Shown: piece after piece, positions 1 through 13,489 of the stretch | Numbering within the stretch: the first letter of the stretch is position 1 | How the letters are laid out: each line of letters starts with the position of its first letter | Notes under the pieces: generated by a model | Databases searched by the model: none | Seen by the model: only the letters and a program-made list of their open reading frames with translations | Told to the model about the DNA's origin: nothing | Assembly: GCF_009834535.1 (NCBI RefSeq) | Contig: NC_045696.1 | Coordinates: 29,762,001 to 29,826,000, forward strand | Direction: 5' to 3' | Source of the DNA: Camelus ferus | Taxonomy: Eukaryota | Length of the DNA stretch: 64,000 nt | Made by a program: the position numbers and the translations under genes

Positions 1-1384
1 TGCTTCCTTCATTCACCAAGGGTTCCTTATGTAAATTGGTGCACCCACTTCTGAGATGCTGATTACCAAGAATTAGGTGCAGCTCTGCTAAGTCTAACAG
101 AAGATTTGCTTAGTGAGGAATGACTTTATGCCTTACATTTGCATAACTGCACAGAGTAGAGAAGAATGGCTTTAAGATGACTTTTTTACCCCTGCCTAAA
201 CAGAGAAGCAGCTGGTACTCTGCTCTGTAAAACAAATGAAAGCTCTGCCTCACCAGGCATTCCAGGCACCCCATTACACTGGTATTTTATTGTACACATC
301 TTCAAAGCGGTCTTTAAGTACTGAGTCTTTATCAGTTGAATACGATGGAAGGTTTTAGTCTTCTCTGTTATGCTCTGCCAAATGCTGACTGGAATTGTGT
401 GATTCTACAGTACTCTTCATTCCATCCCGGGAAATCTTTGTCTGCTTTCTTTATGCATGTTGTGACTATAGGAGTAGTGTTTTAAGGTCTCTTTTTTGGT
501 AAAAGCCTAGACTAAAAACAACTGCCCCACTGGGGAGATACAGAGGCCATGGCATTTCCTATGTAGCATGTTAAACCGTTAAACTTTTCAGGTGTTACTG
601 TTTAACTTTTTCACATAGTCCCAATATCTCATTTGTGTTACTCAAGCACATGGGACTTTTGCAATTTTTCTAGAGCCTTTAACAGCTAATAAGTACAAGA
701 AAGTTAAGAAGTGGAAGTTAGGTAGAAATTTTTTCCTGCTTTGCTGTTTACTTATGCCTACTTTGCTTCCTACTTTGCTTTCTACTTATGCCTCTCCTTG
801 AAAACCCATGGAGAAACAAATTTTAGAACTATTTTTCTCTATTTGAATCTATCTATGGAACATATGACCGTTAATGATAATTTTTGAATACTGAAGTTAG
901 ATGAGTTTATATTTCAGAACAAATCTTGACTAATACCTTCTTGGGCATTTTATTACAGCAGAGGAAAAGATCTAGTATCTTGAGGTGAAGGAAAAAAAGG
1001 ATAGAAAAGTGGGACATGTCTGAGTTTGAGATACTATCTTTTCCCTGATAAGAACAGTGCATTAGAACTTAGGGACTAGGATGTGTCAAATGGACACAGT
1101 TCTTAATTGTGTCTTCCTTGCAAATGTTAACTCCCCTATTGTTGGGTGAACTTGGACATAAGTAACAGGAAGTGTTAGCTGAGAGAAGCAAAAAAGGAAA
1201 TCAAGAGAAAAATTCCAAAGCCACAATAGAGAGGAAAGGAAGGGATGAAATTTCCTGAAGGCACTGCTCTTCACAGATGACATAGCTATTTATATATAAG
1301 GCATACACACACATACACATGCTCATACATACCCATCTGAGACTGCCTAGGTATTATTTTGGCTGACACAGCTAATGCAACTCA

Positions 1385-1825
1385 AAGTGATCAGGGTTTT
1401 TAGTTACAGATGACAGAACTTTAGCTAATGAAAGCAGAAAGTGATTTATTAAAAGATAATGGTAGCTCCTAAATCACTGGGAGGGCTGAAAAAAGAGACT
1501 CAATGCTGAATATTATGACAACATCCAAAACCATATCAAGTACCCAGACAGCTGCTGCCTCTTCTGTGATCAGAAATATGCTGAATCAGGGAGCTGCTCT
1601 TATAAGTACTTGCTCCAGAATAGCCACATCTGTCAGAAACCATATTAGTAATATGGCAGATCAGTGATATGGATCTTATATTGCCTATTTTTCCATGTGA
1701 CTAAGTTCTAAATTAGGAACTTATGCCAGTATGCCTGGATGGGTAAAACTAAATCCTATCTTGAAGCTTAGTCACAAAGGAATCTGGGAAATATTTTTTT
1801 ATTCTCTTAGCATCTGCATGCTAAA
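1385..1825 (-). mobile_element. Old MaLR LTR remnant (MLT1J/K-like)
   Basis: Starts 'gttacagatgacagaact..ttagc...gatttattaaaag' and ends 'cttagtcacaaaggaatctgggaaat', resembling antisense old MLT1 LTR blocks; highly diverged. Confidence 0.5.
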
Positions 1826-1944
1826 AAATGGAAAAAGTGTTGCTCAAGACCCTGCTGTATTCTGCCACTCTACTAAACTTAGTAGAGTATCAAAGAATCC
1901 TTATTCAGAATGAAGAACAAATGACAACATTTAAGTAAAAAGAC

Positions 1945-1968
1945 AACAACAAAACAAAACAAAACAAA
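1945..1968 (+). repeat. (CAA)n/(CAAAA)n simple repeat
   Basis: caacaacaaaacaaaacaaaacaaa seen directly. Confidence 0.85.
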
Positions 1969-1971
1969 GCA

Positions 1972-2430
1972 AGCTCCAAAGTGACCTCTCAGTATTCACA
2001 TGCTTGTATACACCACTCCCATCTTTAATCATGCCTGGTCAGTAAGATCAATAGGATAAGATGTGTGACATCTGAGGCTATGTCATAAAGGCATTTCAGT
2101 TTCTGCCTTGATCTCCTGGACTGCTTGCTCTGGGAGAAAACCAACCTCCACGTTGTAAAACATACAAACAGTTCCTTGGAGATATCCATCCGGAGAGGAA
2201 CCAGCTTGCAGACATAAACTTGCTGGTCACATAAGTGAGCCATCATGGAGGTGGATCAGCAGTCTCACGCAGGCCTTTGGAGAACTGTGGCCCCAGCTGG
2301 CATTTGACTGCAACTTCAAGATCCTGAGGCAGAACATCCAACCCAGCCTTTTCGGAAGTCCTAACTGAAATAGTGAGAGAAATACAAAATTTTGAGATGA
2401 TCTGTTACCTAGTTACGGAAAAGTAATATA
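1972..2430 (+). mobile_element. MaLR solo LTR, MLT1E/F-like
   Basis: Diagnostic blocks 'gtgtgacatctgaggctatgtcataaa', 'cttgctctgggagaaaaccaacctccacgttgt', 'gtgagccatcatggaggtggatc', 'ccccagctggcatttgactgcaacttca'. Confidence 0.85.
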
Positions 2431-2439
2431 AGTCTCTTA

Positions 2440-2724
2440 CATAGTGAGGTCAGGAAAGCCTCTCTAAAGAGATAATATTTGATATGACCTAAATGAAAAG
2501 TAACTAGTTATTCAATACTTAGGAAGTTAAGTGTTCCAGGCAGAACAAGTAGCAGGTAATGGCCCTGAGGTGGGGAAGAACTTTGCTTTCCAAGGGACAG
2601 GGGAAGATGAGGGTATGCAGAGCATAATGTGTGGGATTGGGGGAGGATGAAATGGGAAGAGGTAAGTAGAAGCCAGGTTCTTTAAAAATACAGGTCATAG
2701 TGAGAAATTTGGATTTTTATTTCT
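2440..2724 (-). mobile_element. L2 LINE fragment (3' region), interrupted by L1
   Basis: 'gtcaggaaagcctctct...gtgttccaggcagaac...ggccctgaggtgggga...tttggatttttat' typical antisense L2; continues after the L1 at 3718. Confidence 0.75.
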
Positions 2725-3179
2725 TTTTTTCCTTTTCTTTTTTTAAATTGAAGTATAGTTGATTTGCAATATTGTGTTAGTTTCAGGTGTACAGCAAAGT
2801 GATTCAGTGATACACACATACGTATATTCTTTTTCATTATAGGTTATTACAAGCTATTGAATATAGTTCCCTGTGCTATACAGTAGGTCCTTGTTGTTTA
2901 TCTATTTTATACATAGTAGTGTGTATATATTAATCCCAATCTCCTTATTTATCCCTCCCCCTGCCCTTTTCCCTATGGTAACGATAAGTTTCTTTTCTAT
3001 GCCTGTGAGTCTGTTTCTGTTTTGTAAATAAGTTCATTTGTATCATTTTTTAGATTCCATGTATAAGCAATATCATACATTTGTATTTCTCTGACTTACT
3101 TCACTTAGTATAAAAATCTAGGTCCATCCATGTTGCTGCAAATGACATTATTTCACCTTTTTATGGCTGAGTAGTATTC

Positions 3180-3231
<52 letters not shown>

Positions 3232-3717
3232 TTTATTTATCTAATCATCTAGCAATGATTGTTTCCATGTCTTGGCTATTGTAAATAGTGCTGCTATGAA
3301 CACTGAGGTGCAAGTATCTTTTTGGATTATAGTTTTCTCCCGATATATGCCCAGGAGTGAGATTGTGGATCACATGGTAACTTCTCTATTTTAAGTTTTT
3401 TAAGGAACCTCTCTACTGTTCTCCATACTGGCTGCACCAAACTGCATTCCCACCAACAGTGTAAGAGGGTTCTTTATTCTCCACACCTTCTCCAGCATTT
3501 ATTATTTATAGACTTTTTGATGGTGGCCATTATGACTGATGTGAGGTGATAGCTCACAATAATTTTGATTTGCATTTCTCTAATAATTAGCAATATTGAG
3601 CATCTTTTCATGTACCTATTGCCATCTTGATGTCTTCTTTGGAGAAATATCTATTTAGATCTTCTGCCCATTTTTAATTGGGTTGTTTGTTTTTTTGATG
3701 TTGAGCTGTATAAGCTG
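2725..3717 (-). mobile_element. 5'-truncated L1 (3' end of ORF2 + 3'UTR, artiodactyl-type)
   Basis: T-rich tail then 'ttgaagtatagttgatttgcaatattgtgttagtttcaggtgtacagcaaagtgattcag', 'ggtccatccatgttgctgcaaatg', 'cattcccaccaacagtgtaagagggtt', 'ttggagaaatatctatttagatcttctgccca'; degenerate TSD tggatttttatttct / tgggttttttct. Confidence 0.95.
3182..3229 (+). repeat. (GT)24 microsatellite within the L1
   Basis: Perfect GT run seen directly. Confidence 0.98.
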
Positions 3718-4210
3718 TGGGTTTTTTCTAAGTGCAATAGGGGTTATTAAAAAGTATTAATCATGTTAGTGATGCGAGGTAAGAATGGGAGGTAAAGGAG
3801 TTGAGACTTCCTAATATACTCAATCAAGAAGTTTTGCTGTGAGAGAAGAGCAGATTTAGACTCAAGTGAGTTTTTTTTCTTTCTTAAAATGGGTGCAATT
3901 AAGGCCTGTTTGCATGCTGATGGAAATGGTTTTAGAGTGAGGGAGAACTTAAAGGTGCAGGAGATCAAAAGGATAATTGCAGGACAGTTGCCTTTAAATA
4001 GACAAAGGGATGAATTGGGATGACGACACCGGAGGCGGTTCCTCAGTAGGAGCATAGAGAAGAGGCCAAATATACGGCACACTGGCAGACTGGTGAATCT
4101 GTTAAAATGAGATGTCAGATTTTGTCAGATTGCATCTATTTTCTCAATAAAATATTTGGTTTCATTATGAGTTTAAAGTGGGGACGTAGGAGGTTTGAAG
4201 AAAGATGAAA
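3718..4210 (-). mobile_element. L2 LINE fragment with ORF2 remnant
   Basis: ORF 3747-4082(-) contains PAIILLISCTFKFSLTLKPFPSACKQALIAPILRKK, matching the L2 ORF2 segment upstream of RT (PAILPSLSCIINFSLSTGSFPSAYKHAVISPILKK). Confidence 0.85.
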
Positions 4211-4899
4211 TAGATATTTGTATTTCATGTCTGAATAAATGGAACTCAGCTGGAATATCTGTTTCTTTCCACTTTCAGGGAAAACAACAACAAAAACAAG
4301 TAAGAGTAAAACGAGTTGATTTATTTAGCCCAAAAAGCCTGGCTGGTGGCAGTGGGGGATAAAAGGGAAAGAAGGAAATGAACGGAAAGAGAAGCTGATC
4401 TTACTTTATTCCCCTTAGACGACTTCTAGAATTTTAGATTTAAAGGGAAGCTTGGATGACTATATTTAGACAAAGACACACTCGGCAGTTTTCCTTTGTC
4501 TTTTCTATTCTTTCTTGTTTGGTTTTTCTAGGTATTTATATGTATAAAATGAATTAATACTTTCTGTTTTGTCACTAGTGGGACCAACATGTTCATAACT
4601 AAAAACCTGGGGGACTTTCAATCTGACAGTAAGCACCAGTGATTATCTGGTGGGATTTATTCATTCATCAAAATCAACTAAGTCGCTACTTTGTTCCCTG
4701 TAGTGTTCTAGGTCTAGGTGAGAGGAAACAACAGTGCGTGAATGGGACAGACAAGCTCTCAGTGCCCCTGGATCCTTTTTCTGCCATGTAGATGATCCAG
4801 ATACTACCACACACTCTGGCCTTCATCTACCATGTAAATAATCAGGCATGCTTTCAATCTTTTAGCTACGTAAAACATTTCTGCTATAACAGGTGCCCC

Positions 4900-5110
4900 T
4901 AAAGACAGTGTAGTTCAATATTCAAATGTCATCTTTGAGCCTAACAAGTTTTGAATTCCCTTAAACTCTCTTTGCTTTGTTTTCTCAACTGTGCAATGGG
5001 AACAATGATAGAACATATCTCATTCATTTCTTGAGATATTTAAATGTACATTTACCCATAAAATGCTTAGTGCAGAATCTAGCCTAGAGTAAGTTTGTAT
5101 AAGTGGATCT
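4900..5110 (+). mobile_element. MIR SINE
   Basis: Core 'tttctcaactgtgcaatgggaacaatgatagaacatatctca...aaaatgcttagtgcag'. Confidence 0.75.
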
Positions 5111-6083
5111 TATTAATTGATGTGAATGTATCTTCTTCATATAAATTGAAAGACTCAGGCTTCTCAAACATATTTTAATATTAGTTTAAACCAGACATAA
5201 TTTAGAAACTGAATGATTTGATATAAACTCTTCCCTTCTCACACAATTACATAAGGACTTCGAAAGCAGATGTTTGTGTGTGGTGTGTGTATTTGCACAT
5301 ATCACTGCTTCTGTGGAAATTATATGTTCATTAGAGGAATCAGACACTGGTTATGACATTACTTTTATTCTTATGAAGTTTATTTTCATATTACAATTAT
5401 AGAACTCTATTTTACAACTTAATACTAAAATTTGAGTTAGTGCTAGAACTAAAAATGTCAAGTCAAACAACCCCCACATCAACCACTGATTAATTTAATG
5501 TATCTATTGTTCTTCGAAAGCAGCTAGCATGACCATCAGAAGGTCTCCCCATTAACACCATCCTTCCAAGTGTAATAAATGCTTCAATCATATTTATGCA
5601 TTTACAGTCCCCACCCATGATAAACAAGTATAAGTTTTTTCCATTTAAGCTTGTACAGATCAATTATTTAGCTTTTTGCAAGTTTCTTTTCAACATAATT
5701 ACCTTGAGGAAGAAAGATGAGCTTATAAAAGCTTCTAAGGAATTTATGCAAAAAAGCTCACCAATGCCCCAAGTTGCTTTTCATTTTTAGAGGGCTTATT
5801 TTTCCTCCATATTTAAAGACTGCATTATGTAGTCATTCATTCTGTAAATTAAACCTTTTGATTTCTAGTAGCATTATGTAAAGCTAGCTTACTGTACCTA
5901 TTTGCAAATATTTTGTATTAGTGAATGCTTTCTTTCTCTTTGCCCACATTGTCAAAATGTGTCACAACGTACAAAGAACATCTTAAATGTTACCAAAATA
6001 GGAAGTTCTGTGTAAGCTGTGATAAGCACAATATATGGTATAGTCACTCCAGGCACCCAAATTGATGTTGGAACCATGAGATG

Positions 6084-6105
6084 AAAAAAAAAAAAAAAAA
6101 AAAAA
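6084..6105 (+). repeat. poly(A) run
   Basis: ~22 A seen directly. Confidence 0.95.
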
Positions 6106-7076
6106 GAAAGCACTCTGAAAAAGCTAAAAGCACAAAGGACAATATATGAATATAGTGGAAAAGTCACCTAGGGCCACCTACTCACTGAAGCACAACTACT
6201 GAACATGAAGGAAGTTTGATGAAACTAAGCTTTGGAGAATTTTTCCCAATCCCACCCTTTTCTAGCTCCCAAGGTAACTATTAGTGCTTCAGATTCCCTC
6301 AGGCCCTTTAAGGTGGGCAAGAGATTTGATGGAACAGATGTTTAGTAACAGAACAGGGGAAGTGGGGCAAAGCTGAGTTGCTTACATATTCCAGACTATT
6401 TTGTCACTATATTTTGAACTATAACTGATATATTAACCCTTCCTCCTGTGTTCCCTTCAATCTATTAATTATATGTAAATAATTGTATTTTTATGAGACA
6501 ACACAAAATCCCAGTGATAGGGCAGAACCTGAGGAGAAGAGATGGAATTTACATAGCTAAAATGTTTCTGTATCTCCTTATCTAGTCTTTAATCACCATC
6601 TTTAGTAAATAAAAAATTTAAATTTAAAAAAGGGACTTGAAAAGTCCCTTAATGCTATTTGTGCATAGGGATGGAGGTCTGCAAGGAGCCAAGGGATCAG
6701 GGAGGAAAAGAAAAAGGATGCTGAGTGTGGAAAGGAAAAGAATGTTATTTCCTCTAAGAATTTAAGAGGAAAACTTAGGATTTGGGTTGTGCTGTCCTGT
6801 TATCCATTCTAAAGCATTGTCTGTTTGAAGGCGCATTGGTGGAGTCAGTATCCTCTCAAATATATACAACTTGTACAGAAAATATCCATATGAAAATGCT
6901 TAAGAAGCATTATCAGACAGCTATTGTTAAAATTAAAAAGTAATTCTAGCTAAATAACTATTTACCATAATATTTTATGTGTAAGTATTATAAAATAACT
7001 ATTAAGAGAAAAAACCAGAGAGACTTGGACTATTTCTTCATGAAAGTGAGGAACAATCTAATGTTCAATATTGATT

Positions 7077-7098
7077 TGTGTGTGTGTGTGTGTGTGTG
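7077..7098 (+). repeat. (TG)11 microsatellite
   Basis: Seen directly. Confidence 0.97.
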
Positions 7099-8789
7099 AG
7101 TGTTTTCCTCTGGGTGATTTGTTCGTTTGCTCTACAGTATTTACATTTTTGCAGTTCTCAACCCCTCTCCTCCTGACTATCACAACTTCTTTAACTCTCA
7201 GAGACACTGATGTGGTCCTCTTTTAAGAAGAGTGTGAGAGGAAATATTTAAGTTCAGAATATGAGATTTACATTACACTAGGGAAAAGTGTGATAATAAG
7301 AGATATAAATTCATAAATTACTGATAGTTTTAGGATCCTCAGAATTTTTTTCTTCTTTTACAGACTGTATATGTGTGATTTCAGTATAGTTTAACAATTA
7401 TTGTACATATTTAATCTAATTGTCTTTAAAAAGTTGTCTTTTTTTCTATGGAGGTAAAAAAACAAAACAAAACAATGTTGGGATGATAATAGATGCCAGG
7501 TATAGGAGTTACTTGAGTTCCACAAATGAGCCTAGGGGCCTTTATATTAAAATACTTGTTTAATACTGACTGAAGGGAGGTGCACAAATAAATTCTCCCC
7601 AAAAAAGGCTGCTTTCAATAAATTCTATACAATTGACAAATAGAATGCAAATGAAAGAGAAGATTTTAGAGTCTGGGCACAGCTAACAGAGATTTTGATC
7701 CCCATAGGCCTGGGTATGGCCTTGCAAGGCCTCCAGTGGCCAGAGCAATATCGCCAATTGCCCCTGACCAGTCTTCTTTGGTCTTGAGCAGTATCTGTCT
7801 GTTTACCTTGCAGTGCAGTGTACAGCACAAATATTACCATTTTAAGATAGGAAAACATCGCCCTAAGGAGCTATGACTTTCTAGGTCTGCGAATTGCTTT
7901 GCATTTCTTTCTGTAAAAGAATAGTCTTTGATTGTACTCTTTGTCATTTCTATGCCTATGTCTGTCTCTATATTTATTTTTATCTAAATTTATGTATTCT
8001 ACAAATATTCTTTGAGAACATACAAAGTGCCATGTAGAGTACAAAATAATCAAAATCTGATTTTGATTAATGTTATGCAGACAAGCAAACTATAAAGTGA
8101 AAACATAATTTGCAACAAATAATGAGTAGAAACTTTGATTTATACAATATTTCTATTTGTTACGAAGTGAATCTTTTGATTCTTTTTTTTCAGAAATGCA
8201 TCTCTTCTTTCTTTCTTGCATTGTCATCTAGATAAGTTTAATTTCCTTGCTCTTCTTTTTTGAAATGTGAAAATTTATTCCTTGTTCATGTCTATGAAAC
8301 TGGAGAACAGGAACTGGATTATCTGTTACTCTTAATATTATTGATTTAAGAGATAGATCCTCATCTTGTTATTTCCAAGGAAAAAGCCAAAATACCCTGG
8401 TATTTCTGTTTGTGAAGATTTAAAAGCAATGGAGCCAGCTATTTCCCTTGAATGCTGTTATAAATGACAAAGGAGCTAACTGCTTAATTCCAGGGGTCTG
8501 TTATTATTTGTAAACTGGTTCTTAAATAAGGATACTTACAGATGCCTCTTGCTCCAGATGGTACCATTTAACTGCTTGTGTTACTCATGAGTGGTTTTCT
8601 GCTTTAGCTTTAAACAAATACTTAACACAGCAATTCTGTTATCAAGAATTCTCTCTTAAAATTGGAACAGAATCCTAAAGTGCTGCATGAAGTGGCTGTA
8701 CAAGCAGTTTTCTTCAGCACAGGGCATATGGGTTAAAAGTAAATGGAGCATGAAGGTACTGGTGGGGATAAAAAGGAACTGTAGCCAAG

Positions 8790-8990
8790 TGGAAAGAGAA
8801 AAGGTCTCTGGACTCAGCCTGAAGATCTGAGTGTAAATCCTTGCTCTGCTACTTATTAGCTTGGTGACCTTGATCGGTCTCAAAAGGTAGATATGAGGGC
8901 ATCCCTTTCACAGGATTTGTTTGAGAACTAAATAAAACACGTGGTATTTTATAACATTGTATCTGATAAGTCTTAATAGATATTACCAGA
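8790..8990 (+). mobile_element. MIR SINE
   Basis: 'ctgagtgtaaatccttgctctgctacttattagcttggtgaccttg...tcacaggatttgtttgagaactaaa'. Confidence 0.8.
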
Positions 8991-9060
8991 AAAAATAAAA
9001 GGCCCTTGGTTGATTCATCCATTTGAGAAATGTTAAGTTAAACCAGGCAACAGGTTTCTT

Positions 9061-9249
<189 letters not shown>

Positions 9250-9839
9250 AGGAAACAGGTTTCTTCATTGAAAGACTTCTCAGTCTTCAAGATGCTAATG
9301 TTTTGTGACTCCAAGGAAACATATGTGTCATCATGTTTCCTAAATTCATTTTATTCCCAGCCAGCACTCTTGTTGGAAAGATATCCCGTGGAACACACTT
9401 TGGGAAATGTTACTCTATAAAGTGCTTTTTAAGTGTAAGCTGTTAAAAATTTAGATCTTAACAGTAGACAGTAATCTGGGACCTGTACTTTACTAATTTG
9501 TGTTCTGAAAATCTTTCCTGATTCTCAAAATTAATCCATTGTAATAACATTTAAAAATAAATTACTCAGAAATTATCATACTTAGTACAGCAGATTTTTA
9601 AAAATAAACAAACAAAAGCAAAACAAATTAAAAAATATATTTGTGTCCCCGAGTTCAGAGACCACTAGCTATACTTCTCAGCTTTATATTTAAAACGTAA
9701 CCAGATATCATTTTGCCTCCTCTGGAATTTTTTCTCTAGAGTTTTATTAGTACAGCTTAAACTGAATCTCCATGAAAATTTTAATGCTATTTTTTCATTC
9801 CTTTTAGTACTACCTTAAAAATATAAGAGTATTAGAGTA

Positions 9840-9990
9840 ACAGCTTAAGGTTGGATACATCTTAATTGAAATCCTAAAGGCCACCAACTTGCTGTGATGG
9901 CTACAATTTGCATATCCCTCCAGCCTCAGTTCTCTCGTTTATAAAGTGGGTCTACTAATACCTACCTTTCAGAATATTTGGGAAGCACAA
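9840..9990 (+). mobile_element. MIR SINE
   Basis: 'agcctcagttctctcgtttataaagtggg...taatacctacctt'. Confidence 0.7.
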
Positions 9991-11287
9991 AGAAGGAAAT
10001 TGTTTCTTAGACGAGACATTCTGGAGTTTTGATGGAAATACCCTGTTCAGAGCAAGTCTCTGTTTTTCTTGTATTGTACGACAGGTTACTCAGATCTGTT
10101 AAAATTTCCCGTATATCTCCAACTGTTTGCTGTATTCAGAAGTTCTTTAACTTTCTGGTCAATACTATGCATTTATTCTAATTTTCTAATTGCTGATTCT
10201 TTTTCTCCAATAAGACTTTGAAGGGGTGAGAGAGAGAGATAAAGTCCATTCTGTGCTGGTCACCCATGGTGAAATGGAAAACCTTAAAATGATTTATCAG
10301 TCTTTTTATTATCACCTTTTATTTCCTTTGAGTCTGAACATGGCCCCAGTATGAACTTTTCTTCTCACTCTCCTTTTTTAACAAATTTGATTATAGCCAC
10401 CAAGAATCTTATTTCTCGGTTTTTGACTTTATTTAATTCCTGAAAAAGAAATTTCTCTTCAGAGCTGAATATGCATCATTCATTCAGTCATCAAATATTT
10501 GTTAAGTACCTCTTAGATATCGAGTGATGAAGAAATACAGACACTGCCTTGCTAGTGTAGAGCTACACTCACTCCTCTGCAAACACAGAGCAGATTTTCT
10601 TTAGTTTTTCCCTTGAGAAGAGTAAATCTGTCTTTACCTTTCTGGCTACTTAACCTATTGGCATAACACATGTTTAATTTTTGTTTAAAGAATTGCTTAC
10701 TTTTTGTGGGATAAAAATCTTCACTCTAACTTGGCAATCAAAAAGAATATTTAAGATTAAATATTGTTTCAAATACAACTGAAAATTAAACTGATGTTTT
10801 AATTTCACTGTCAATACCATGTATGTTCTAGAGACATTCTAATAAAATTGTTGCCATTATGTAAGATATAACTCATGGCTTTTAATGCAAGTTGCTATCT
10901 TTAAATTACATTATCTGAGTTTATTTTTTATGATCTTCCAAGACATGCAGTTAAAATGCATTTTGTGTATATTGAAGAAAGAACTTCCTGCTATTAAAAT
11001 AGGATGAGTTTCTGAGATTGTTCATGGCATCCCTTCTCTGCTGAGTTTATGGAACAATCTGTGTTCTCATATGTCTTTGGAAATTTAAATGTGGTTTTCC
11101 TTGAAGGCCAGAGACTAGACAAAGTAGCCTCCTTAAGGTCCCTTTCAATCTTATGACCTGTAGGTAACTCAGCCTAACCATCTCCAGTAAGTGAAGTGTT
11201 TGTAAAAATGCCAAAATGCACATGAAACCACACTGTGCATATGCAAATGAGTATATGGGAGAAAAAAGGCTTGTCATCCTGGAGGTC

Positions 11288-11600
11288 TGTGCCTCTCAAA
11301 CTGAGGCATGCATAACCCCAGGGGAACAGAGTGTTACACCAGGGTATATGCGAAGCTGTAGGATGTGCATGGTCCGTCTTTCTGCCATGTCAACAATCCT
11401 AAAAATATTTGAGAAAAACATTTAAAATTTTTATTTTATTTTTATTATAATAAATATGGATATATAATAGAGTACAAACCACACATTTTTGCACTGATTA
11501 AAAAAGTAAGACATGAGTTTTCAAAATGATCTTGGACTACCTTGGATTATTCCTGCAGTGCCTCCTCAGGGGTACTCATTCACTCTCCTGTGCTATACTC
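11288..11600. mobile_element. Possible old hAT-Charlie DNA transposon remnant
   Basis: Begins 'gtgcctctcaaactgaggcatgcataaccccagggg', like Charlie-type termini; right end poorly defined. Confidence 0.35.
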
Positions 11601-12029
11601 TGGTAGTAGTGGTTGCAGGGCTCTTCTGTAGGTGAAGAATGTATGGCCAAAAACACTGCTTTCATTACCCATATCACTATCACAGCTTGAGTAACAGGTT
11701 GTTTTTTTTTTAATGCTAGTGGTTAATTTATCCAGAGACAAAAAAAAAAAAAAAATTATTTTGAGACTAGCAGACTAGAGCTTGATCTTTTTTAAAGCTG
11801 TTAAAAAAAGAGATATAAACTAGCCTCATGATGATATCTATATCTACATCTCTGTAAATATTGGTTATTTATTTTGACATATTAAAACGTTAATGTCGGA
11901 TTGAAAGTTAAATGTCAAAATGCATCAAGCATGCAATGTTGTCCTTGGAACCTTGTATGTTATGCTATCTGTGGTTGGTTAGCAGCCTAACACCCAGAGC
12001 TCCTCTTCACTCTGATTGTACCCGGATTC

Positions 12030-12052
12030 TTTTTTTTTTTTTTTTTTTTTTT
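12030..12052 (+). repeat. poly(T) run
   Basis: Seen directly. Confidence 0.95.
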
Positions 12053-13077
12053 GTGAATCTCTAGATTATCATCTCAAGCCTTTCAAAGCTGAATCTCTAA
12101 ATGGTACTAAAATACTCTGGAAATCCTGAAGAAGTTTGAAATAAAATACATGCATATTCAAATTATTCAAATAACAGCTTTATTTTTAGTTAATTTTCAT
12201 TTATGGATGCCTCTCAATTTTCTGTCAAAACCTAGATAGACAGAGCTGTGAATTCCTGCATATTTTCCCCATTTCTGGCATCTATTTTAGAGATCTCTGC
12301 AAATAGAGAAATCTGTATATATGGCTTTCCCTTGTTAACTTCGCTCCTCACCCCCCACCTCCGCTTACATGCTTAACATTTAAGTCCAGAGCTGGAGCAA
12401 GGGACAGACTCTGGGGGGAGAATGGGCACATGACTTTTCTTGCTTCTCCTATTTCTCTTTTCCTTTCTCTTTAGAAGACCACTGGGAAAAATGTTTATTC
12501 TCCTTCTACCTTTCCTTTTATTTTTGTGGGGAACATCAGACTGATGGGATCTAAGACAGTCCTGGATATTTCTAACCTTTCACCAATAATAAAGACATTG
12601 AGAAGTACACTGTCCTGCCCAGTTCATTTTTAAGCAGTCTTGCAACCATGGGGTTCAGTAAGAACAACTTTATGAATGAATTTGGCATATTTTATTTGAA
12701 ATCATGAATCAAGAACCTATGCAAATATCTGATAAAATAACCACTTAAATCTTAGAGTGGGAAGGCATCATTTTCTAATCAGAGCAGTTCTGGATGGCTT
12801 CTACAAAACTGCTAAGGTCATTCAGCCTCTTCTTGGACATTTTCAATAAAAAGTGTCTCTTTAGATAGTTTCAGTGTGTACTCATTGTCCAAAAAAACTA
12901 ATCACATTGGCAAATTTTATAGTTAAAAAGTCTGGTTTTAAAATTGACCCTAAACTTGACATTTTATATTTTGCATCTATTGATCCTGGTGATGACTTCT
13001 GGAATAAAATACTAAATTCTTGTTCTTCTCCATGGTGTTTCCTCAGATATTTAAAGGAATTGTATCTTTCATTAATC

Positions 13078-13489
13078 TAGTGGTTTGCCAGAGCTGGCTT
13101 ATACCAGGTCATGAGAGCTAATTTTAGGATTTTCAGGAAGATTGCAAGCTGGTTTTTAAACTAGCCATTACTAAAAATTAAATTTATAAACTTGAAGTTA
13201 AAGAAATTATATCAAAAAATAATAAATACAGCTTATCACTTCTCAATTATTTTACTATTTTCTATGATTGAGGTTATTTATACCTATAGCTGCGTGATAG
13301 AAATACTATATGTATATGTAATACTGCATATCTCTTCCCAGCCCTGCAATCAGTAATACCAAAGTGGTAGCTTGAAATTGTCCATGGGGGGAGTACTTAT
13401 ACTATTAAAATGAACAAATGCTAAAAATTAGAGATTTTTCCTTTTTTTTCCTGGAGAGCTTTTTACCAAACATTTACACCACACCATTG
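13078..13489 (+). mobile_element. MER63 (MER63B-like) hAT-Blackjack DNA transposon, near full length
   Basis: Degenerate TIRs tagtggtttgccag / acaccacaccattg; internal 'agccattactaaaaattaaat', 'catatctcttcccagc', 'ggtagcttgaaattgtccatgg'. Confidence 0.9.

Noticed and set aside
6629..6649. Perfect hairpin aagggactt-gaa-aagtccctt resembling a terminator
   Set aside because: Mammalian DNA; a 9-bp stem is expected by chance in 64 kb
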